In this document: positions 12,784 through 25,241 of the stretch, in pieces | Position numbering within the stretch: position 1 is the first letter of the stretch | Layout: the number at the start of each line of letters is the position of its first letter | Source of the DNA: Oculina patagonica | Lineage: Eukaryota | Direction: 5' to 3' | NCBI RefSeq assembly: GCF_052425735.1 | Contig: NC_135758.1 | Span: 31,868,001-31,932,000 of the forward strand | Length of the DNA: 64,000 bases | Translations under genes and position numbers: made by a program | The notes under the pieces: model-generated | What the model was told of the DNA's origin: nothing | Databases searched by the model: none | Seen by the model: only the letters and a program-made list of their open reading frames with translations

Positions 12784-13034
12784 TTATACACATTTGTATC
12801 TAACCTGTTACAAAATAAAATAAAGATGTTTTAAATAAACATTTTAAAATGAAAACTAGCGATATAAGTGGAGAACAACGTTTCGCTGTCTTCATGACAG
12901 CATTTTCAAGTTTAGTGTCAATGTCAAGTGCGATGGCTATTTATGAATATGATTTTACAATAGAGATTTTACAATAGAGATTTTATAGATTTGTAAAGCG
13001 CCTAGAGCAGACCTGGATAGGCGCTATAAAAATG

Positions 13035-13108
<74 letters not shown>

Positions 13109-15331
13109 GAGCGTGAAGAATGTAGTGAAGTATTTTGAATGTAATTAGAGGTACAGAAAAATAAGGAACGCATTGTTCTACGTGAAAAGTTTTGCACGGA
13201 TAGAGTCAGATTGAGTGTTTAGATCCGGTTATGGTTATGTCGGCTACACGCGCCGACATCTCCACCAGCGCGTTGAAGAGCATAAACGATCAGCCATTGG
13301 TAGACATCTGGAGCAGAAATACAACCTGGCAGCCAACACACACCTGATCTGAAGCACTTTTCGATCTTGAAGAAATGTCAAAGTTAACTGGACTGCCTCA
13401 TTTATGAGATGTTTTTTATTAGAGAACTTAAACCGGATCTAAACACTCAATCTAGAGTTCTAGAGTTCTGCACATGTTCGTGAGCTTACAAGGGTCCTGA
13501 AGGGACTGGGGTATAAATCCCAATTCTCCGCCCAAATTCTGCCCAAATCCCATTCCCTGGCCTATTGTTTTCCCAAATTTTCCCAAATACCAGTCCTAGT
13601 TCCATTGTTTTTTGTTTGTGATCCCCGTCCCAGTGACCCAAATCCCTTTTAACCACTGAGAATTTGCCCAAATCCCAGTTCCCATTTTTCCGCTTCAAGC
13701 CCCTTTTACAAGTTCGATCCGGGGTTTTAGATTGAGGAGAAAAGGGCAGGAGGCTAACAACTGTTGGGTACGCATTTTCTTGGTATGGGGGAGGGGTCTA
13801 AGAGCCAGAAAAGAGCCCTTTTCTCACAAATATCATATAAAAAAAAACAAATGTAAGACAATCTGTAAAGAAACGTTGAACTGTACCTCCAGATATTTTC
13901 TTGTTCCCTGACAAGGGTCGCCAAAAACGTAGTTGGTTGCCTCCAACTTGCAGTAGCCTTCTCCTTGGCACTCGTTTCTCACTGTACTTAACGAACCCCA
14001 ACCTCTGCAGTTTGTGTTTATTGCCGGGTCTGGACAAATATGTCGACCAGTTGTTCGACCGTAGTTTGCTGACAAAATGTTGATTCTTTGTCCCCAGGGA
14101 CAACTGATCGAATCTGAATGATTCTCGCAAATCCGTAGCAATGTGCCTCTACTTGAACTAGTCACACACTTGTAGAAGACCTGATAAAAAGACAATGCGT
14201 CATCAAATATGTTTTATACATTTCACATGTACGCATTTCCTGATTTTCTTTATTTTCTTTATAATTATATGATAGAGCGATTTACATGTTAATGAGAATC
14301 GTTAAATGCTAACGAGAATGAAAAAAAAAAAAAGCTGAAAAAGAGCGCACGCACCACAGTTGTGCACGAGTAGCTTGCTTACCTACTATCTTTCGGTATT
14401 TTTCTATTATCTTCTGCTTTTAAATATTGAAAGCATATCCAAGTTTTCCCGCTAAATTGGGCTGTCAACGGATCAGATTACAATCTCGCCCTATTCAATA
14501 AAAAGTTGTCGAATGGTGAATTCGCGAGACGGCGGGACTGATATCTTTTCTGCGAGCCCGAGACCTTTTTCAGTCGCGGGAACAAAGTGCCAGGTTGATG
14601 GCGACATCACTTCTCCGAGAAATGACTGAGCCCGCGGTTTTCGTCCCAGAAGTTGCTAAGCAACATGACGTATTTATACGCGCGACGACTTCGGAGTACT
14701 CATGAGCGCTCGCGCTAGTTTTTGATTGGATGAAATAATTCGGAAATCCTTCGAGTAATCAACAAAGATTTTCCAAAAAGCGGCACTTATTGTCCCGACT
14801 GTTTTAGCCTTACAAAATAAATGGAGACCCTGAGATACGTCTCAGAAAAATTCGAGACGACGAGACCCCTGAAATATGGCTTAAAAATTCTGCGAGACGC
14901 GCATTTTTGAGGGGCCGTTCACCATACACTTAATTTGCCTTATTTTCATAACGAAATCACCATTGGGAACCTGGGAGGAGAGAGTACGTAACGCCTTTAA
15001 CTGTAACACGTCAAAAACAAATACTCATGTCACAAGCCCACAGAATCCAATCTTGAACCTACCTCTAGATATTTATGGGTGCCAACACATGGGTCTCCAA
15101 ACGCAGAGTTTTCAGGGTGCAAAGTGCAGCTTCGCTGTCCTTCGCACTCGTGTTCGACTACACTCATCGAACTGCTAGCGTGGCAGTTCCTGTTTCCTCC
15201 ACCTCCACACAGATGATCTCCTGACGGAGAACGTCCATATGACGCGCTTGCGATGTAAATATACCCGTGGCTGCAGGATAATCTCATCACTCCGCTCCTT
15301 TCACATCTTCGAGTACGCCAATAGTATCCCT
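12784..15331 (-). CDS. Tandem two-domain SUEL / L-rhamnose-D-galactoside-binding lectin
   Basis: Exons 15331-15063, 14180-13887 and 12804-12784 (VRYKCV*). Both domains have CE...C...YGR...C...C...C...C...FGDPC...KYLEV.Y.C. Candidate signal exon 16329-16263 contains a TGA. Confidence 0.88.
12830..13455. mobile_element. Penelope-like element remnant (GIY-YIG 3' part plus inverted pLTR)
   Basis: Plus strand ~13233-13453 translates GYVGYTRRHLHQRVEEHKRSAIGRHL...KHFSILKKC...LIYEMFFIRELKPDLNTQS (disrupted). 13208-13230 is the reverse complement of 13431-13453. Hammerhead-like motif on minus at 12872-12915. Confidence 0.8.
12982..13108 (+). repeat. LINE (L2/CR1-like) 3' terminus with (TTA)n tail, nested in the Penelope remnant
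   Basis: TTGTAAAGCGCCTAGAGCAGACCTGGATAGGCGCTATAAAAATG stem-loop followed by about 24 TTA units. Confidence 0.65.
13490..13705. repeat. Dispersed MITE-like repeat, second copy at ~51625-51886
   Basis: Shared AGGGTCC(T/G)GAAGGG start and CCAAATCCCAGTTCCCATTT motif. Confidence 0.55.
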
Positions 15332-18199
15332 CTAAATACAAAGATTGAATAAAACAAGCATACGACGCGGATAATACACAGAAAGGTACGATCATCCCAA
15401 ATTCTCTCTTTTACTAATATCACTTTTTTCGATTTGGTGTTTCTTTTCAATATTGCTTTTGGAATTTGGTGGTACACTGATCTGACATTATTCATGGCCG
15501 CTGCAAAACCTAAAATATTTAACTTTTCCACTCCCCACTGAATCACCTTTTTTAAAAAAATTAATTTATTTTCAAATTGCATAATCTTGATTCTAATTTT
15601 AATGTTGCGACATGGATGGGAGTTTAAAACTGGAGAACATTAAAATACCAAGGGCGTACAATTTTACCTGCACCACCAAACAAAACTGCAAGGAGACAAA
15701 AAGCCAACAAACGCCAGAACATCGTCACTTGTGACCTGACCTGCAATGCAGTCTAACTGATATGTCTGTGAGAATAACGCAAATCAGCAGTTACGGGTCA
15801 GTTACAGAAAACCATCATTATTTAACGCTCTTGTTATAGTTACTCGACGAAAGCACTCTGACTTACTATACAACAATGGCATGTAGACTGTCACGTGATA
15901 ACAAGCATTTTCAAAATTGTAGACTGAAAAACAAATTCCATAATTGGCTTTTTTGCTCAGAAAATACTTCCTCCTCGGGTAGAAAGCACTAAATGTACTG
16001 ACGGACATATTCACACCAACTGAGACTGAAGTTCTAGTCCAAGGACCTTAGATTTTTTTACCAAAACAGGGTGACATGACCGCAGTGTGCCTTTTATTCC
16101 TACTGAGGATGACATCACTTGCAACGAAAGGATAGCAAGTTGCTATTCTTAAGGCACAATTAATCAAGATCGCAATTGCTCGTGAGCAAATCGTAATTTT
16201 CTCAATAAACATTTGCTTGATTTTTTTACTGATTAAAGTAACCGACTCCTTTTACTTTCAACTCTTTGCCAAATGCGCCGCACAGACAACTACTATCACT
16301 GCACGGGTCAACACTGTTATTCAGTTCATGCTTGTGTTCTCCAAATATACAGCAGCAGTAAACGAACCAACAAAGACAGAACACCCAGATAGTTTATATC
16401 TAGTACAGACTTATAAAACAGAAATTTAATTGAGAAACTCGGCGAAATAGACAAAATATGGCTGAAATTTGTTTCAAGCAGAAGAGGATTTTGGCAAATT
16501 GCGAAGTCGAACTTGGTTAAAACTCTGCGTATGTATCATGTTTATATATTTATTTTATGAGTAAGTTAGCTACCGTTAGCTGTTGTTGACAGCCTAGATC
16601 TCGTACCTAGCATTAGCTGTCTGATTAAATTCGAGCGGTGTATCCAAATAAGATTAATTTACTGTTTTTGCCCTCTAAGTGAAAAGATACTCGAGCATAA
16701 TACACCATCCAAAACAACCACTGTACTCACCTGAAACTCTGATCGACACAAAGAAGTGTACAGATGTGGCCTTGCTATGATATTCTGATAAATGTATACT
16801 CTTTCCTTTGGTCTACATGTCCTACTCCTATTGGTAGATTCAAGGGCTATGACATCGGTGATTGTGTTCCTTCAGCGATGATACGAATAGGGATTTCCGC
16901 TTCATCGCAGAAGGAAGACAATATTCGATTTCAGAGCTGATCTGTTCCTTCTGCGATAACACGGAAACTAATTCGCATCTAGGATGTGTAACCATGGAAA
17001 AGGTTATTATCTCGTGTAACCATAGAAATATGGTCATAAGGGGTAATTTTTGTAATCAAATTACTGCCGTAACTCAGTCGAGGTGTCTAATCGAGAAAAG
17101 AATTACTGAGCTTGGGTTTACTTCCGTAAATTCTCATGTTTATATAGAACAGAGTCGTAACCACTTTTAATCATATCATTACAAACAACTGGTGTTGTTT
17201 TCGGGACTGACCTATCATCAGAAGAATTAAGAACGTGCTACAAATTTAGCCACATTCCTTCTGTTGCGTGGTGTTAATTTCAAGTTGGAAAGATTCTAGA
17301 ACTTACGAAGGAGAGTTATCAGATCGGTAGTCTGTTCACAAATACACCATTTTCTCACGTCTGACCTCCAAATCGAGCCAGATATTCCCCGTCCGGCATT
17401 AATCTTGGCATATCACTAGTAGGAAGGATAATTTAGGTTTAGGGTTCAGATTTAGGAATTGAATCATCATTACATGAACCGCATGTACTTCCTATTTTTC
17501 TGAAGCATTCAAGGCGTTTACTCTGCAGGTGCCGCGGTTGAAAAGTTAACCAAGCTTTTTCTCGTTCTTGTCTTTTCAAAGCGTTCTCCACTGCTGATTT
17601 TAATGTTGAACATAAAAGTAAAAGAAATGATAACAGTTCTGAATACGTATGAAGTTGAATTTAAAGTTACACTTATCCTGTGCTTGAAACTACGGGGCCC
17701 AGAAGAATGTCTGACCGTGTGGACAAAACGAAGTATTGGTCTAATTTGGGTAAAGCCGTCTCGTGATATAAGTTTGTTTATACAACATTTCGTGTGTCGG
17801 GGCGTACTAAAAGTATCAAGAGATAACTGTAATTACAAGATGAACTGAATCGTGGGTTGCCGTTCTAGCTACTTAAATTTAAGAGTCACAATATAATAGG
17901 CGCCATTAGCGTCAAAAGGAAATGAGCATTCGCACCTAACAGATAACGTCACTGTACACACTGTTTACACGAAAGAAATCCCTGGGTAGTTCAACTCTTT
18001 TATCGGCCGTTTAGTTCGCAGTGTGAATAATGACGATAACACGTTTATCTATGTTCGGCCTAACATACGGAAATAAATAGACGTTTTGAATGGAACAGTT
18101 TCTTCTCAATTCAAAAATGAACAAACAGATAAATAGACAAAAAATAGATAAGACAAGAAATGTCTTCAGGAGCCGGTGTCTTTTGTGCGATTTCTTGGC

Positions 18200-21100
18200 T
18201 TACTTCACCAGCGGGTTTTTTTGTTTCTTTGATTTATGGAGCATTTCTAATCGTGATAACTTTTTTACAGCTCTGTGGACCAAATCATGTTCTGTTAATT
18301 TCCGGCTCGAATTTGTTTTCATCGATTTCCTGTCTGTAAATTTTGTGTTCCTTGAAACATTTTCTGAGCGTTTCTTCACGTAAGGGCTGAGTACAGAATG
18401 CCTTCGTCTATCCCTGTTGTTCATTTCACCGCCATCGTCATCGTCGTCATCATCGCGATCATCCGGGCCTTCATCTTCATCTCTCCCCATCATTTGCTGT
18501 TGAGCCATGAGCATCATCTCTTCTTGAATCTTTTCCTTTTCATAGCGGTTCTCCATCTCACGGTCTTCCATGTGATTTAACACACGCTTTAATTGAGTTG
18601 CGAGCACGTGAGCTAAGTTCTTCCAATCCTTGGAATCGGTCGTGCTGACAACAGCGTAGTTTGGTGGTGTCGCTCCAGGCCCCATTTCATTGGAATTGAA
18701 CTCCGGCCCACTCTGCTGCGAAAGAGCCTGGGAGCTGGCTTTTGCACGGTCCTGGTTTTGCGCCTGTGCAACCTGCGCGTCGTATTCGCTCTGGATTCCC
18801 GCCAATTCACGACTGGCTTCCAGCGACTTGGAATCGCCGGGGAAATCTTGTGTTGCCTGTTGAACAAGCCTAGTGTGACCATGGCGGTTGTCTCGGTCAA
18901 ATAATTTGATCACATTTTTAATGGCATTGGTGGCCTCTCTGATTTTGGTTTCTTCCTCGTCTGACTTTGCCCTCGCCTCTTCACTTTCAGTTTGGAGGGC
19001 ATATGAGGGCGGAAGCAAATTCCCTGGGTTTCCCTCTGTCGTGTACTTTAACCCTGTGGAGTGAGGGGAGTTTTGCACCTTGAAAACAGCTTCACCAGTG
19101 CCAGGCTTCTCATTGATAGTGAGTGTGACTTGCTTTCCTGATGAATCTGGTACAGCGGGTTTTCGATACGGTCTGTTCATCTGATAAGGAAAAAAAATGT
19201 TCAGAATGATTTTTTTTACTAAAGAGCAAAACACGAGCACTCAGAAAATTGCCATTCTTTGTTTTGAAATACTCAGGTGCACCTTAGCTCGACAAATGTA
19301 TTAAAAAATGTATACAGTCAACTCTCTCTAAGACGGACACCGTCGGGACCGGTTTTAACTGTCCGTCTTAGAGAGGTGTCCGCCCTTACAGCCAGTTACA
19401 GGGAGTCGAGGTAACGTGACACCGGTAATTCTGAGATAATAAAGCTGAACTTATGCACAATTAATACACGTCTGTTCTGAGTCTGTTAAAAAACGCTTAC
19501 TTAAGCAAAACCTACAAACTGGAGCAAAAATACATACTACTCGTTTTCCGTCTTAGAGAGGTGTCCGTCTTATAGGTAGTTTAGTTTCAGTAAAATGACT
19601 GAAGAACGGCAGGGACCAACACCAGGTGTCCGTCTCATTGAGGTGTTCGTCTTATAGAGGTGTCCGTTAAGAGAGAGTTGACTGTAGTGTAAACGAATAG
19701 TGTTATCAAGGCAATTAAATTACGTATAGTGTAATCCTGCAAGTTGAGTTGTGCTACTTTTAAGCCTTGAGGAAAGAAGTATCGTTTTCTCTTAGCGACA
19801 ACAGTCAGTAGTAAACTCGCCTTGCGGATAGTTTGCTCCTGAGACATGGGGTGAAAATTGGGTTCGCTTCTGTTTGCACTAACAAGTGTTACCGGTGTTC
19901 ACACGCAAACGCGCGTACCGTATTTTCTCGATTAAACGCCCCCGGCGTTTATTTCAAACTTGGCCCTATAGGGCCGGCGTTTATTTGAATTCAGGAGTTT
20001 TTTCAAGCCCTATGTTTCTAGGAAATGATTTTTATTCATTATTTTTGACAGCTATATAATTAGACATTATTTTTAAAGCATATTCAACCTTTAATAATTG
20101 TCTAAGGGGTTTATTTTCAAATACAACTTGAAGACCCGGCGTTTATTCGGAGCCCGACGTTTAATCGAGAAAATACGGTAAACACCGTGTCAAACAGGCA
20201 TTTTACCCTCATCTGAATCATTCTACTAACATGCACTAACCTCTACAATAGGGTTATTGATATTTCCATGCTTGTTACCCGCAACCATTCCTGCTAAATC
20301 TGACGGCATGCCTTCTAAGCTATGGGGCTTTAAAGCGGTGTCGGCCATGCTCGTTGAATTAACCATTGACGCCTCTTGCTGCGCATGCATTGTCATTTGT
20401 TCAATAGCTTGCTGATTCACAGCATCGTCAGAGCTAACTGGCAAGATAGTGCCTGGATTTTCTATTCCTTCGTCGTGCGTCCCGTTGCTTTGTAAAGCAT
20501 TCATCGCTTGAGTGTCTAAGCTTGGTGCATGCATCTTTAACTGCAAAGCATTTGTATCGGCATTACGTTCATATGTCTCTTCATGCATGTATTGATTATT
20601 ATGCAAGCGCTTTCTAACAGACGCTGCATTGTCTAGTAGCTCCGAGATCTCCTCTAAGTCTGACTCAGGTACGTTGTCTTCACTGGGAATCCTGGCAGTT
20701 GAGTTTTGTTCCTGAGCAGCCTTGACATAAGTCCTGTTTTCTCTTAGCTCTAACAGTCTATTTGTAAACATGCCTTGCGGACCTACATTATTCTTTGCTC
20801 CTGGATCAGTGCGCTGAAGAGAATCAGCGTTCGTCAGAACGTCATTCACTTTCTTACTTGACTTTTCGCCGAGTTCATACCCCATTAACACGACAACGGG
20901 ATGCCTTTCTTTACTTTGATCGCTTACCTGTGTTGTGCCGCTAATGGAAGGAGCATCGGTTGGCGATGGTGGCTTATGTTCTTGGTCTTTTGACGATACA
21001 GGTTGAGCTGTGGAAAGTTTCCCTTTCATTTCATCACTTGTGCTTGTTGTTTTAGTCTTAGTGGGTGATAAGGTATTTTGAAGGCTAATGTGAAACTTGG

Positions 21101-24100
21101 AGAGCTGGCCAAGAACTTTTGGCGAAGCTAAATAAATAAAGAATCTGTAAGTGTCAACGTATTTAGCCCGAGTGGGCTAATTGGGGGACAATAAACAAGA
21201 ATTCAAATAAACTTTAAAATAATAAAGATAAGATGTTCTACATGACACGAGCATGGGACAAAGAAAAAATTCTGAGTCCCCGACGGGAATCGAACCCATG
21301 GCCTCCCAGAATACCGGTTGGGCGCTCTAACCAACTGAGCTACGAGAGACTCGTTGTGAGCTGGGCCATTTTACTAGGTTGATATGTGACACGCGTCCTG
21401 CATACTGCTAGGATCAGCAATGTCGAATTCATCAAGTTTGTAGTAAATAATAAAGATGGTAAATTTTAAGCTCGGTAATAAATAATAAAGATAAGATGTT
21501 CTACATGACACGAGCATGGGACAAAGAAAAAATTCTGAGTCCCCGACGGGAATCGAACCCATGGCCTCCCAGAATACCGGTTGGGCGCTCTAACCAACTG
21601 AGCTACGAGAGACTCGTAGTGAGCTAGGCCATTTTACTAGGTTGATATGTGACACGCGTCCTGCATACTGCTAGGATCATCGTCGGGGACTCAGAATTTT
21701 TTCTTTGTCCCATGCTCGTGTCATGTAGAACATCTTATCTTTATTATTTATTACCGAGCTTAAAATTTACCATCTTTATTATTTACTACAAACTTGATGA
21801 ATTCGACATTGCTGATCCTAGCAGTATGCAGGACGCGTGTCACATATCAACCTAGTAAAATGGCCCAGCTCACAACGAGTCTCTCGTAGCTCAGTTGGTT
21901 AGAGCGCCCAACCGGTATTCTGGGAGGCCATGGGTTCGATTCCCGTCGGGGACTCAGAATTTTTTCTTTGTCCCATGCTCGTGTCATGTAGAACATCTTA
22001 TCTTTATTATTTATTACCGAGCTTAAAATTTACCATCTTTATTATTTACAACTTTAAAATCTTAAAACTAAAAATAACATGACTTTACAAATGGTTAACC
22101 AACAACACTTTAAAATACTTTAAAAATGACTCCAAACTAATATTTGCAATTTAATCTTTTCACAACAAAGCTTGCAGCCATAACTGTTATTAGTAAAATT
22201 GTCCCATAGACTAAACTAGCTAGAGTAGGCGAATCGCTAAGATCTTTACTTAATTTTTTAAATTCTGCATGAGATGGTCCTTGATTACTTGGTACAACGT
22301 AGCTGTCACGCAAGGAAATTTACTTTTTAACAAAATAAAGAGAAATAAGTTGTCACGCAATGATATGTTTTGGTTAGAAGCGTATCGTGACGATCTAAGT
22401 AATGACTTTAAAAGAGCTTCGCTGTGATAATGGCTCATACCTGAGATGCCGTGATCAATTCCACCTTCCAGCTGTGTTGCTATAGCACTAGCTGCATCGT
22501 CAACTTGTGGCGCTCTTTCTTTTCCCAGAATTTGTATCGCTGGTAACTTGAGTTGCGCCACGGAAGACAAGCCATGCGCAATGGCTGGTTTTCTTGCTTG
22601 TCCCAAGATTCCCTTTACATCTATCACTTGCCATTGTTTTTGGCCTGGAACTGAAAATATTCAGCATTTTTCAAATAAAATAGTGAATTTCGTTTTATGT
22701 ATACAAAAAGTTATATATATATATATATATATAAATGTTTGATGTATTTGTAAGATTTTTATAATTAGTAATACTTTTGTGTATGTGAAGGCGAATTCTA
22801 AGGAAATCTGTAAAGAAACATATGTTTTTCGGGTTTTAGAAAAAATGTTAGTTAGCATTTTTGTTCCAGATTAACTTATCTATGAAAATGCGTGGTTATC
22901 CCCAATTTTTCTTTTGAATTCCAATAGCCCATGCTAAGATCTGCTTTTCCTGCATAGCCATGAATCGTGAAAAATACAAATTTGTTCTTTGTATTAAGGA
23001 GGCACCGTCTTTAAGCACACCAGCGTTACTATGCTGCTTAGCAACGCCGCTGACTAAGCCCTGAGCTCATAGAACTCTTGGAGACGGAATTTATCCAACT
23101 TAAAGCTGATTTCTGTATGCCGCCTTAATAGCTCCTTTCTCATTAAACAAAAGAAAGTCCCTAAATTTGGCCATAACTAGATCTGAGGGGGAAACAAATT
23201 TACTCACCATGGCTACAACAGTGGCAGTGGAACAAAAGAATACTCACCACAGTACTGACAGGTTCTGTTGCACACGTGCTGCATTTGTCGTCGATATTTG
23301 AAGCAGAAGCCCATATCTTTCCACACATGGCATCTGTTCAGCACCCCTTTGAAGTCTCGGCAATCATTATTGACTTTTGAAATGAACTGTCTTGTGTATC
23401 CTGGAATATCTGCCACACATAAGACGAGAATAATAATGTTTTATTGTGGAATTGATAGAAATAAAGAGTCCCTAGTATATTTCATTTCCTCTAAGATTGT
23501 TAAGCGTAAAAAGCGAGGGAAATGAACATGGCCGCGCAAACAATGGAAGCCCCTGCAGTCAGGTGGTCAGGTTCATTTATTTAGCAACTTGAAAAACGTA
23601 GAGGGGAATATTACACAAACCCTGCTTTCAGAGTTTATATGTTGCTTTTGTTATGCTTTTTGCTTTTTTTATGGGTAAATCCAAAGTGATGTGTAGACAT
23701 GTCTTTGAAAACGATACTTTCGGTTACAAGAAGAAGAATCGTTTATTAAAAACTTTAACACTTAGCAGTCCTTGGTCCTTACTTTCGAGAGTGATCTCTT
23801 ACTGATCTGACGGGTTTTACTAAAAGCAGGCCCGCGGCCCGGCGGCCCACGGTCCACTTCACGGCCCGCGGCCTGGCGGCCCGCGGCCCACCTCTCGGTC
23901 CGCGGCCCGCGGCCCACAGATTTTTGCTAATGCGCTATAAATAAAGAAAAACTATAATTTCAGTTGTCAGTAACGAGGCGCGTGTTTACAGGATCGAGTT
24001 CTCGCTGTTAGGACTGTTAGTGTGACATTTACTTGAGCTTAGCAATAAAGCCTTTTGAACTACAATAATTTTAAATTTTGTTCCTTATATGGGTCTGTAA

Positions 24101-25241
24101 GTCAACTGGAGCTCTTGTCTTTTTTTCAAGAATTTAAGTTTTCATGCTTTAAATGTCCACGTTCTGGCTTTCATAAACTTGTTAACATATCGATCGTAAG
24201 ACATGGATTAATTCAACTTCAACTTCAACTTGGAATTAGCCAAATAATACACAAATTGTGTATACACATGTTAGCCAGCAAAAGGAGTTCTCGAGTTCGC
24301 TAAAATAAACAGAAATGTAAAATTCAACCCGCAGCCGGACCGATCGTCTTTACTTCGCATTTTTTGAGGATGTTGCAAAGCACGGGCGCGGGTAGCCTGG
24401 GTACCGTAAAAATGTTCCAGGCGTTGCATGCTCCGTCGACAATGTTTTTTTCCGATCGTAAAGTTGTTGTTATCCATTTATCACGCTGTTTCTTCATAAA
24501 TAAAAGGACCTATGAAGGTAAACTTGAAGCATATAAGGTAAGAACACCATAAACTGGAAGACTACAAGATTTCCCGATGCAAACTTCTTCTTTTTAAGTG
24601 GTAAAACATATCGATCGAGTTAAAGTTAAAAGTGACCCCGAGGAAGAATTTTTACGTTCAGATCCCCCCTCCCGCCGGAGAGGTGGGCCGCGGGCCGTGA
24701 AGTGGACCGTGGGCCGCGGGCCGCGGGCCGTGGGCCGCCGGGCCGCGGGCCTGCTTTTAGTAAAACCCTGATCTGACTGATACCGACAGCATGAAAAATA
24801 AAAAAAATCCGTTGTTTCCAGGATATTGTTTCGATGTATTACCAAAATAATTCCCCGAAATAAAATTAAAATAAAGTATGACAATCAGCCAGGATAATTA
24901 CTATCTCGATCTCGACAACGTAATAGTAAAAAAAAAACATTAAGCCTTACATTTACATGTGAGTCTTGTATATAAGCAATACAAGTAAAAGTGAAATAAC
25001 TCTTAAGTGGTAAGCAAAGTGCTAAGTGAGGTGGGGCTTGAATATACGAACATTAAATGACCTGGAACGTAGTCAATAATCATGAAACGTTTGAGTGTGT
25101 AGAGAGGCCTCCTTACATTACAGTGTGACAGAAATGAAGCGTAATAGTGTAATTACCTAATTTTCTGTAGGCAAGGACAGCGCAAGCGAGAACAAGAAAC
25201 GAGATCCATCTTTGCCACCGAAAGTTCTGTAAAAGTTCCAT
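18200..25241 (-). CDS. ShKT-domain secreted low-complexity protein, copy 2 (intact, ~774 aa)
   Basis: Exons 25241-25157 (MELLQNFRWQRWISFLVLACAVLAYRKL), 23409-23248 (CRDFKGVLNRCHVWKDMGFCFKYRRQMQHVCNRTCQYC), 22650-22441, 21127-20241, 19180-18200. All introns GT-AG, phases consistent, total 2325 nt. Confidence 0.85.
19315..19684. mobile_element. Tc1/mariner-pogo-type MITE, absent from paralog copy 1
   Basis: TA|CAGTCAACTCTCTCT...AGAGAGAGTTGACTG|TA. Confidence 0.85.
19918..20178. mobile_element. Tc1/mariner-pogo-type MITE with empty site in copy 1
   Basis: TA|CCGTATTTTCTCGATTAAACG...CGTTTAATCGAGAAAATACGG|TA; copy 1 reads GCGCGTAAACACCG at ~7484-7497. Confidence 0.88.
21274..21352 (-). pseudogene. 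tRNA-like unit of the 263-bp repeat
   Basis: A box TAGCTCAGTTGG, B box GGTTCGATTCCC, imperfect anticodon arm. Confidence 0.7.
21537..21615 (-). pseudogene. tRNA-like unit of the 263-bp repeat
   Basis: Same sequence as 21274-21352. Confidence 0.7.
21877..21955 (+). pseudogene. tRNA-like unit of the 263-bp repeat (inverted copy)
   Basis: GAGTCTCTCGTAGCTCAGTTGGTTAGAGCG...GGTTCGATTCCCGTCGGGGACTC followed by AGAATTTTTT. Confidence 0.7.
23812..24768. mobile_element. Mutator-like (MULE) non-autonomous element, 9-bp TSD
   Basis: TGATCTGAC|GGGTTTTACTAAAAGCAGGCCCGCGGCCC...GGGCCGCGGGCCTGCTTTTAGTAAAACCC|TGATCTGAC; absent from copy 1. Confidence 0.85.

Larger units (their letters stand above)
21221..22049. 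mobile_element. Multimeric tRNA-like 263-bp repeat (tandem plus inverted), flanked by an 11-bp direct repeat
   Basis: Period 263 bp (21241 vs 21504); inversion junction at ~21680; AACTTTAAAAT at 21210-21220 and 22050-22060; absent from the copy 1 intron. Confidence 0.8.

Noticed and set aside
16321-16323. TGA as selenocysteine
   Set aside because: Position 3 of a putative signal peptide; no SECIS recognised downstream.
21274-21955. Functional tRNA gene cluster
   Set aside because: Anticodon arm is mispaired, acceptor stem is bulged, and copies are truncated, inverted and TSD-flanked.
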